From Candidatus Multivoradales bacterium (GTDB lineage Bacteria; Acidobacteriota; Thermoanaerobaculia; Multivoradales; Multivoraceae): a stretch of DNA of 64,000 nt. Below the pieces are notes generated by a model, which had not been told where the DNA came from, made no database searches, and worked only from the letters and a program-made list of their open reading frames with translations. Below are positions 57,801 through 64,000 of this stretch, piece after piece. The number at the start of each line of letters is the position of its first letter. Position 1 is the stretch's first letter. The DNA lies in NCBI GenBank assembly GCA_965223325.1, contig CBDCWI010000002.1, positions 2,272,001 to 2,336,000 on the forward strand, read 5' to 3'. The position numbers and the translations under genes are program-made.

Positions 57801-58191
57801 CACCTGTACCTTCGTCAACGCGAAGGACAGCCACATGTACTTCTCGAAGCAGGCGACGCCTGACACGCAGGTGCCGTTCCGCTTCGTCTGGGGCAAGGTG
57901 GTCTACACCGACAGCGGCTGGTCCTATCAGTCGTACTCGTCCTTCGACATGCGTGATGGTGAGATAAAGCATCCCACCCAGAGCATGCCGAGCGGTAAGT
58001 ACTGGCTGTTCGAGTACGCCAGTAGTGGTTGGCAGGTCGACAAAGTGGTCTGTGGCGGGCAGGTGATGCCGGTCTACAGCGCCACCGCCAGAGACAGCTA
58101 CGGCAATCTCCACCCCGGCAAGTTGATCAAGTTCGACCACACCGCTGGCGAAAGCATCACTTGTACCTTCTACAACGAGCCCTGCGAGTAG
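54880..58191 (+). CDS. Secreted adhesin/pilin-like protein with Cys-rich N-domain and eight prealbumin/CnaB-like (SpaA-type) repeats
   Basis: Signal peptide; eight repeats each ending C(T/V)(F/W)xN and containing an aromatic-x-hydrophobic-x-x-(I/V)-x-C strand. Confidence 0.82.
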   Translation: MKNLTSRYVTPLIVFTVLVLLGSGSPVAAQTCIQDLSDFGLQCTAKDVKVTNIETASGEELACPVGEEIEVDLVATLLAGAQERYDIGIFVSENEFANAQEGMCGVYTLEPTTTDPALAGPMGPFLELETYPDMCGDIGAEQTVMYHFTATVSCVDLDDDGLVDIETCLSWENNKKNDDGCEAPDPNDLENFQALPGTPSKCRCETANVGNLVVAPKLSVKKEIEGSPASVPDNFTVVADGPDETDPDPDTSTLDVPSDGTPVAVPDTTIGTWTLTEDVPMGWEFKSVSCTDGTTGAAGSVSVDLDYGDEVVCTFTNRQLPGNIIIEKQADFDPTKSFNFTGPADSSFSLQDGEDTGMQYEGLAAATYQFFELVPDDWSLTSIVCTDGSSTSEVTDTDGNPGISIDLMPAETVRCVFTNEPNDGTIKIVKHTGIETTQDFVFSGVPTPDGTVTINGTDASGMNMTAEIPASPGSYTIGENVTPGWSLTGIECTPSTLNEEKDLANRQTTFTLPPGVDAVCTFTNEEDKKGTFKVVKKIVGYDPGTDAGVLFDFDVPWSDDPIQLGHNSMASMELDPGMVTAAEDVVNMPEGFTFVGVRCVSDADPENPEVATSSDDAEVTVELMAEETITCTWTNKRVPGTGSITVTKQAEDDCHAMFDFDVSWLESDSPFDLWLIDADCPPNEHPADMLIHESGELEAPMTYTIEETFVQDGWFLADIQCTVTGDGGSTWTPDVTNHTVSIDLEPGDNVHCVFYNEPEVPGTGKLTLRKATWPKDCHAMFDFDVSWLDNTPYDLWLMEWTCYGNEAPMFELPAGIEHTVIETFIQEGWALDDIICTSDMPPPQVDIDVASRTLKVTLRPDENVVCTFKNKEVTDGTGTIIVKKDALKNYDDTLMWDFELSGGDLPAPVQTWLGDEESTTWPGLTPGNYWLKELWGPSGWHVQEIVCKDETGQWVAHTYNGHMVDIDLQPGQTITCTFVNAKDSHMYFSKQATPDTQVPFRFVWGKVVYTDSGWSYQSYSSFDMRDGEIKHPTQSMPSGKYWLFEYASSGWQVDKVVCGGQVMPVYSATARDSYGNLHPGKLIKFDHTAGESITCTFYNEPCE

Positions 58192-58259
58192 AGGGCCCCT
58201 GGAACAGAGCCCACGCGCCAGGTTGAGGCTTCGACGCCTTAGACCTGGGAAGTGAATCC

Positions 58260-58305
58260 GGCCGGCTGGATCCGCTACTAGCGGAAACAGCCGGCCTCTT
58301 TCTTT
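58260..58305 (+). terminator. Intrinsic terminator after the adhesin gene, between convergent genes
   Basis: GGCCGGCTG...CAGCCGGCC stem with inner TCCGCTA-C-TAGCGGA, followed by TCTTTCTTT. Confidence 0.6.
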
Positions 58306-58321
58306 GCGATCTCTCCGACCG

Positions 58322-59305
58322 TCAGACGGTGCGTGTACCTGGAAGACCGACCCCGGGCGCCGGGCGCTCGCGGACGACTTCGCGCCTGAAGCGAAACAAC
58401 TCCGCCGGCCGGCCGACTCCGCTCGGAGCCATCTGGCCTGTCCCTTCGACCAATCCACCGCGCTCGACCAGCCGGCGGAAGTTCTGCTTGTGGAGGCGCA
58501 CACCCGAAAGGGCCTCCACCAGCCTCTGTAACTGCAGCAGGGTGAAGGTCTGGGGCATGAGCTCAAAGACCAGTGGGCGGTACTTGAGCTTGCCGCGCAG
58601 CCGGCTGATGGCGGTCGCCAACATGCGGCGGTGGTCGAGCGCCATGGCGGTTCCGAAGCGCGGCGTTTCTTTTGTGGTTTCGACCCGACCGGAGCGTTCG
58701 GCTTCGGCGACCAGCCCGGCCTCCCAAAGGAGCTCGTAGCGCTCGAGGCAGCGCTCCTCGTCCCACTGGCCGCTACCGTGACCGAAAGCGATCTCGACGC
58801 GCTCGCGGCGGTCACCGCTCTTGTCCTTGCCCGCCCATGCTTCGAGCGCCGGCACGATTCTCGAGTTGAGCAGTCGAGGCCGGCCACCGCGCCAGTCTTC
58901 CCACGGCAAGAAGCGATAGCAGTCACGCCAGCGGGCCGAGACACCTTCGGCCAGGGCGTGCTCATGTACCAGGGCGAGGTAGGCCAGCGAGACTTGGCGA
59001 TCGGCTTCGCCGAGCTCGGGATCGCGATCGAGATCACCAAAGGTGTATAGCTGTTCGACGTAGCCGATCTCGAGGCCCGTCTGTTCGCGCACCCAACCGC
59101 GCAAGCCCTTCTCGAGCGTCCGGTCGGCCAACGGATCGAGCGGACCGTAGGGCAAGGCCGGGTCCTCGCTTTCGTCGCCAAACGCCTTGACCTCGACGGT
59201 CAGGATTCTCGGCACCTCGTCGGTCACCGCAACGATCACCGCGTTCAAACCAACGCTGACACTGCGCCCCACATAGGCCTTTCCACCCGGAGACGGAGCG
59301 GTCAC
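58322..59305 (-). CDS. nadQ: NadQ NAD-biosynthesis repressor (NUDIX-like plus wHTH)
   Basis: GYVEQLYTFGD, PWEDWR, LERYELL.EAGL, DHRRMLATA..RLRGKLKYRP, FTLLQLQ, HKQNFRR, GRPAELFRF; GTG start overlaps the lipB stop; cognate boxes at nadA. Confidence 0.85.
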   Translation of the reverse strand: MTAPSPGGKAYVGRSVSVGLNAVIVAVTDEVPRILTVEVKAFGDESEDPALPYGPLDPLADRTLEKGLRGWVREQTGLEIGYVEQLYTFGDLDRDPELGEADRQVSLAYLALVHEHALAEGVSARWRDCYRFLPWEDWRGGRPRLLNSRIVPALEAWAGKDKSGDRRERVEIAFGHGSGQWDEERCLERYELLWEAGLVAEAERSGRVETTKETPRFGTAMALDHRRMLATAISRLRGKLKYRPLVFELMPQTFTLLQLQRLVEALSGVRLHKQNFRRLVERGGLVEGTGQMAPSGVGRPAELFRFRREVVRERPAPGVGLPGTRTV

Positions 59306-60084
59306 TGGGCGGCGCGCTTCTCTTGTCGATCCGCCAACCAGTGCTCGGTGAGATCTTCGATCGGCCGTTCTAGACGCTCCGGACTGACATGGCCGAAAGG
59401 TTCGAGGCCACGCTCGAAGACGTCGCCGAAGTGGCGCGCACACAGACCCGCAACATTTTCGACTGTCGGGCAGCGCAGTTCGTAGGGCGCCAGGCACTTT
59501 TCGACCGAGGTGATGCTCGAGCTGGTCAGGCCGCACGGCGAGATCAGATCGAAGTAGGTGAGGTCGGTATTCAGGTTGAGCGCGAAGCCATGGGTGGTTA
59601 CCCAGCGCTTCAGGTGCACGCCGATCGAGGCGATCTTCTTCTGCCCCACCCACACGCCAATGGGGCGCTGATCGTCGGAGTGCTCGGCGTGCAACTGCAG
59701 GTCAGCGAGGGTGCGAATGAGCACCGTCTCGAGGTCCCGCACGTAGCGGCGCACGTCGCGACGATCCGGCCGCAGGTCGATCACCGGATAGCCAACCAAC
59801 TGACCCGGGCCATGAAACGTCGCCTGCCCCCCTCGGTCGCTCTCGATGAGCTCAACGCCTCGGGCTTCGAGCAACTGCCTGGGAACAAGGACTCCTTCGA
59901 GGGAAGCGTTACGCCCCAGGGTGACCACCGGGGAGTGCTCGAGCAGAAGGAGAGCTCCGGGGTGGGTCCCGGCTAGGACCATTGCGCGCAGCTCTTCCTG
60001 AATACGCACAGCAACCTGGTAGCCCACCCGCCCGAGATAGACGACTCGGATGGGCGGCCTGGAGGAACGAGAGCCCGACAGCAT
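59302..60084 (-). CDS. lipB: Lipoyl(octanoyl) transferase
   Basis: LLEHSPVVTLGR, DRGGQATFHGPGQLVGYP, KIASIG, THGFALN, PCG. Confidence 0.95.
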   Translation of the reverse strand: MLSGSRSSRPPIRVVYLGRVGYQVAVRIQEELRAMVLAGTHPGALLLLEHSPVVTLGRNASLEGVLVPRQLLEARGVELIESDRGGQATFHGPGQLVGYPVIDLRPDRRDVRRYVRDLETVLIRTLADLQLHAEHSDDQRPIGVWVGQKKIASIGVHLKRWVTTHGFALNLNTDLTYFDLISPCGLTSSSITSVEKCLAPYELRCPTVENVAGLCARHFGDVFERGLEPFGHVSPERLERPIEDLTEHWLADRQEKRAAQ

Positions 60085-60137
60085 CCCCCGATTCTAGTCG
60101 GTCGCGGGCCTCTGCCCCCGGAACCTCCCGGAGGCGC

Positions 60138-61463
60138 TCACCCCATCGGGTCGAGCTCGGTCCACGGGTCGGTCACAAGAACCCGCTTCATCTCTACCAT
60201 GAAGCGCTCGGCGTCGGCGCCGTCGATCAACCGATGGTCGTAGCTCAAGCACAGGTAGGCCATTGGACGGATCGAGATCGAGTCGTTACCGTGCTCGTCG
60301 GTGACGACGACCGGGCGCTTCTCGATCGCACCCAGGCAGAGAATCGCGACCTGTGGCTGGTTGATGAGCGGCGTGCCGAAGAGGCTCCCGAAGACACCCG
60401 GGTTGGTGACCGTGAAGGTACCGCCCTGGATCTCTTCGGGTTTGAGCTGGCGGGCGCGGGCGCGTTCGGCCAGGTCGTTGGCGCGCTCCGCCAGGCCAAT
60501 GATGTTGAGCTGGTCGGCGTTGTGGATCACGGGAACGATCAGGCCCCAGTCGAGCGCCACCGCCATCCCGAGATGGATGTCGCGCTTGTAGATGATGTCG
60601 GTGCCTTCGATCGCGGCGTTGAATTTTGGAAACGCCTTCAAACCTTCGCAGGCGGCGCGAAAGAAGAACGGCATGTAGGTGAGTTTGGTGCCGGTCTTCT
60701 CCAGGAAACCCTTGCGCGCCCGCTGGCGTGCCGCAACGACACTCGACAGGTCGACGTCGAAGACCGTCGCGACGTGCGCCGAGGTCTGCTGGGAATACAA
60801 CATGTGCGCCGCGGTCAAACGACGAATCCGCGACATCGGCTCGCGGGTTATGACCTCGTTGGGGCCATGCGCCTTGACCGAGTACTCAAAGCCCGGCGGC
60901 AACCACGTCCCGGCAGCAGCCACTCCCGAAGCCGCTGCGGCCGGTACCGACGGAGCAGCACCTGAACGTCGCAGCTCGAGGTAGGCCTCGATATCTTTAC
61001 GGGTCACTCTGCCGTGGACACCGGTGCCAACGACCTCTGCCAGGTCGACGTTCTCCTTGGCGGCGATCTTGCGCACGACCGGACTCGACGACACCCGCAC
61101 GCGTTCTTCGAGCGTCGCGGTACCGCCGCTTGCCGAGGGTACTCCCGCGGTACCTGCTGGGTGGGGTGCTACTTCCGAGTTTGAGCGCGCCGCTGGCTTG
61201 GCAGGGGCTTTCAGAACGGCTTCACCCTCGGCACCAATCGCGCCGATCACCGTATCGACCTCGACGGTTTCCCCCTCCCCGAACTTGATCTCGAGCAAGA
61301 CCCCCGACGCCGGCGCCGGCACTTCGGCGTCGACCTTGTCGGTCGAGATCTCGAGTAGAGGCTGATCACGCTCGACCGTCTCGCCTACAGCGACCAGCCA
61401 TCTGGTGATCGTTCCTTCGGCAATCGACTCCCCCATCTGGGGCATTACGACTTCAGTAGCCAT
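60138..61463 (-). CDS. 2-oxo acid dehydrogenase E2 (dihydrolipoamide acyltransferase, SucB/DlaT-like)
   Basis: Lipoyl motif EISTDKVDAE, E3-binding SPVVRKIA...GTG..GRVT, catalytic SYDHRLIDG. Substrate specificity not resolvable by eye. Confidence 0.92.
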   Translation of the reverse strand: MATEVVMPQMGESIAEGTITRWLVAVGETVERDQPLLEISTDKVDAEVPAPASGVLLEIKFGEGETVEVDTVIGAIGAEGEAVLKAPAKPAARSNSEVAPHPAGTAGVPSASGGTATLEERVRVSSSPVVRKIAAKENVDLAEVVGTGVHGRVTRKDIEAYLELRRSGAAPSVPAAAASGVAAAGTWLPPGFEYSVKAHGPNEVITREPMSRIRRLTAAHMLYSQQTSAHVATVFDVDLSSVVAARQRARKGFLEKTGTKLTYMPFFFRAACEGLKAFPKFNAAIEGTDIIYKRDIHLGMAVALDWGLIVPVIHNADQLNIIGLAERANDLAERARARQLKPEEIQGGTFTVTNPGVFGSLFGTPLINQPQVAILCLGAIEKRPVVVTDEHGNDSISIRPMAYLCLSYDHRLIDGADAERFMVEMKRVLVTDPWTELDPMG

Positions 61464-61475
61464 CGTCTACTCCGA

Positions 61476-62864
61476 TCAAACGTGGACGGCTCGGCCGCTC
61501 GCGGCAAGCGCCGCCTCCGCCATCGCCTCCGACAGAGTGGGATGCGCGTGCATGGTGCGGAAGATCTCTTCCGCCGTGGCTTCGATGCGTAGGGCTACGC
61601 AGGCTTCAGCGATGAGGTCGGTCGCGTGGGCGCCGACAATGTGAACCCCCAGCACCTGGTCGTACTCGGTCTCGCGCACGATCTTGACGAAGCCCTCGGT
61701 CTTGCCCAGGATCGCCGCCTTCGCCAGGGCGGTGAACGGGAACTTGCCGGCCTCGACGGTGAAACCGCGCGCCTTGGCTTCTACTTCGGTCAAACCAACG
61801 CTCGCTACTTCAGGGTCACAGTAGGTGCACGACGGGACACGGTCGTAGTCGAGAGGCTCGACCCCTTCGGCGCCTGCCATGTGTTCGGCCGCCAGCACAC
61901 CTTCTGCCGAAGCCTTGTGCGCCAACCAGGGCGCGCGCACCACGTCACCAATCGCGTAGATCGACGGCACAGATGTGCGCATCCAGGCGTCGACGGCGAT
62001 CACGCCGTCGCGAAGCTCGACCCCGGCGGCCTCGAGACCGATGTCCTGGATCACCGGCGCGCGGCCAATCGCAACCAACACTTTCTCGGCTTCGATCGCT
62101 TCGCCGTCGCCTTCGAGGGTGACGGTCGCACCCTTCTTCGAAGGCTCGACTCTCTCTACTCCAACTCCGAGCACCAGCTTGATGCCGCGTTTCTTGAACG
62201 CCCGGGCGAGCTCCTTCGAGACGTCGGCATCTTCGACCGGCAGCAACCGGTCGAGCTTCTCGACCAGGGTCACTTCGCTTCCAAGCGACTTGAAGATCGA
62301 AGCGAACTCGACCCCGACCGCCCCCGCTCCGAGCACCACCAGCGACTTCGGCACCTTCTCCAGAGCGAGAATACCGTCGGAGTCAAAGACCTTCTTTTGA
62401 TCAACCGGCATCGACGCGAAGGCCCGCGGCGTCGAGCCGGTGGCAATCAGAACGAAGCGGCCCTCGAGAACCGTGCTGCCGTCTGGGGCGGTGACTTCGA
62501 CCTCGCCGGCCGCCTTCAAGCGACCAAAGCCCTGATACGTCTTGATCTTGTTCTTCTTGAACAGGTAGGCAATTCCTTTTGCGTTCTTGTCGATGACGCC
62601 CTGCCGGAAAGTGCGCGCTCCAGCACCATCAAACGACGCAGCACCGGCCTTTACACCGAAGGTCTTGGCGTGGCGGATCTCGTCGATCAGGCTGGCCGTA
62701 TGAAGCCACGCCTTGGTGGGAATGCAACCGCGATGAAGACAAGTTCCGCCAAAGGCAGGGTCCTTCTCGACGACGGCTACATTAAGCCCTAGTTGCGCGG
62801 CACGAATGGCCGCAACATAGCCACCCGGGCCAGTTCCAATGACAATCAGATCGAAGGTTGACAT
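61476..62864 (-). CDS. lpdA: Dihydrolipoyl dehydrogenase (E3)
   Basis: GTGPGGYVAAIRAAQLG, GGTCLHRGCIPTK, GAGAVGVE, HAHPTLSE. Confidence 0.96.
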   Translation of the reverse strand: MSTFDLIVIGTGPGGYVAAIRAAQLGLNVAVVEKDPAFGGTCLHRGCIPTKAWLHTASLIDEIRHAKTFGVKAGAASFDGAGARTFRQGVIDKNAKGIAYLFKKNKIKTYQGFGRLKAAGEVEVTAPDGSTVLEGRFVLIATGSTPRAFASMPVDQKKVFDSDGILALEKVPKSLVVLGAGAVGVEFASIFKSLGSEVTLVEKLDRLLPVEDADVSKELARAFKKRGIKLVLGVGVERVEPSKKGATVTLEGDGEAIEAEKVLVAIGRAPVIQDIGLEAAGVELRDGVIAVDAWMRTSVPSIYAIGDVVRAPWLAHKASAEGVLAAEHMAGAEGVEPLDYDRVPSCTYCDPEVASVGLTEVEAKARGFTVEAGKFPFTALAKAAILGKTEGFVKIVRETEYDQVLGVHIVGAHATDLIAEACVALRIEATAEEIFRTMHAHPTLSEAMAEAALAASGRAVHV

Positions 62865-62943
62865 GATTCTTCCAAGTTGAACGGCCTACGAATCGCAGCG
62901 AGTCTAGCCGAAGCAAACCCCCGAGATGACCGATTCTGGCCCC

Positions 62944-64000
62944 ATGACTCCCCCACATCCAGCAGAGCCCAACCGACTCGGCCTGGTCCTCACCGGCGGC
63001 GGTGCCCGCGCCGCATACCAGGTAGGCGTCCTGCGTGCCATGGCGCAGCGTTTCCCCGATCTCGACTTCGACGTTCTAACGGGCGTCTCAGCGGGGGCGA
63101 TCAACGTCGCCCACCTGGGGGGCCACCCGGCAGCCTTTGATACCGCGATCGAAGAGCTGGCGGAGCTCTGGCTTTCTCTGCGGCCCGATGAGGTCTTCGA
63201 TGTCGACGCGCCGTCGCTGCTCTGGAAGATTTTGCAGTTCAACCTGCGCATGCTGCTGGGCGGGTTTCGCGGCGCCCCCGAAGTGCGCGGTAGCCTCGAC
63301 ACCAGGCCGCTACGCAAGTTCCTAGAAGGCGCCCTCGCTCCTGACCAGAACGGCAGGCTGGCGGGAATCGAGCGCAAGCTCGACTCCGGTCGACTCGACG
63401 CGATCGCGCTCACGACCATCGAGTACAACACTTCACAGACGGTCACCTGGGTCGAGGGCCGCGGGGTCGATCACTGGGAGCGCACCCACCGCCTCAGCCG
63501 CGAATGTCACCTCTCGCTCGAACACGTCATGGCGTCGGCCGCCCTCCCGCTGATCTTCCCCGCCATCGAGCTAGAAGGCAGCTACCACGGTGACGGCGGC
63601 ATCCGCCTCTCCGCCCCCCTCTCGCCAGCGATCCACCTCGGAGCAACCAGAATCCTCGCCGTCTCGACCCGCTACCGCCGCCCACCCGGCCCGCGCACCG
63701 AGGTCGACGTGATCGGCTACCCACCCCCGGCACAGATCGCCGGCGTGCTCTTGAACGCGATTTTCCTGGACAACCTGGACCAGGACGTCTCCCGCGCCGA
63801 GCGCCTGAACCTGCTATTGGCGAACGAAGCGCGCGGAAAACTAAGGCCACTAGATCTAGTCGTAGTACGCCCGTCAGAAGACCTGGGCCGCCTGGCCGGC
63901 GAATTCGAAGCCCAGCTCCCGAGCCTGTTCCACTTTGTGGTCCGCGGCTTCGGCTCGAGCAAGACCAAGAGCCCGGACGTTCTGAGCATGCTGATGTTCC
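62944..64000 (+). CDS. Patatin-like phospholipase (3' end runs off window)
   Basis: Manual translation from ATG 62944: GLVLTGGGARAAYQVG, GVSAG nucleophile, ASAALP, DGG motif (YHGDGGIR). Confidence 0.9.
   Translation, partial: MTPPHPAEPNRLGLVLTGGGARAAYQVGVLRAMAQRFPDLDFDVLTGVSAGAINVAHLGGHPAAFDTAIEELAELWLSLRPDEVFDVDAPSLLWKILQFNLRMLLGGFRGAPEVRGSLDTRPLRKFLEGALAPDQNGRLAGIERKLDSGRLDAIALTTIEYNTSQTVTWVEGRGVDHWERTHRLSRECHLSLEHVMASAALPLIFPAIELEGSYHGDGGIRLSAPLSPAIHLGATRILAVSTRYRRPPGPRTEVDVIGYPPPAQIAGVLLNAIFLDNLDQDVSRAERLNLLLANEARGKLRPLDLVVVRPSEDLGRLAGEFEAQLPSLFHFVVRGFGSSKTKSPDVLSMLMF

Noticed and set aside
43817-58215. Imperfect inverted repeat at the apparent island ends (43817-43840 vs 58191-58215, shared core CGTGGGCTC, about 19/25 matches)
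   Set aside because: Short, gapped and GC-rich, with no transposase or target-site duplication; compatible with chance.
56551-59181. 876-aa minus-strand ORF
   Set aside because: Antisense to the adhesin and off-frame to nadQ, with no recognisable motifs; a typical high-GC shadow.

Overview
High-GC (~65%) bacterial chromosomal window, most likely Acidobacteriota (inferred from GWxTD/VWA, S55 plus propeller, TIGR02999-type ECF plus kinase and FADGFESG-tail proteins). The left part holds a truncated TonB-dependent receptor, a minus-strand housekeeping run (methyltransferase, CDGSH, coaD, propeller, SpoIVB/S55, tsaC, recN, proC), secreted enzymes and a GbsR/MarR-RND efflux unit. Next come an ECF sigma factor followed by a tandem pseudokinase and active Ser/Thr kinase, and a PQQ-dehydrogenase/GST/cytochrome c'/lactate-dehydrogenase cluster. 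The right part reads lpdA-E2-lipB-nadQ ... nadABC ... lipA, with two NadQ boxes before nadA. A ~14.4 kb accessory block (43.85-58.3 kb) separates nadQ from nadA. It carries vapBC, a sigma54-driven DsbA, a legumain(C13)-PDZ-thioredoxin fusion, a ~115-cysteine secreted protein with six 183-bp tandem repeats, and putative isopeptide-stabilised adhesin genes. The best candidates for an undescribed system are (1) the legumain-PDZ-TlpA / DsbA / Cys-rich repeat trio and (2) the ECF-pseudokinase-kinase module. No rRNA, tRNA, CRISPR array, integrase or transposase was seen. All calls come from reading motifs by eye; no database searches were run.
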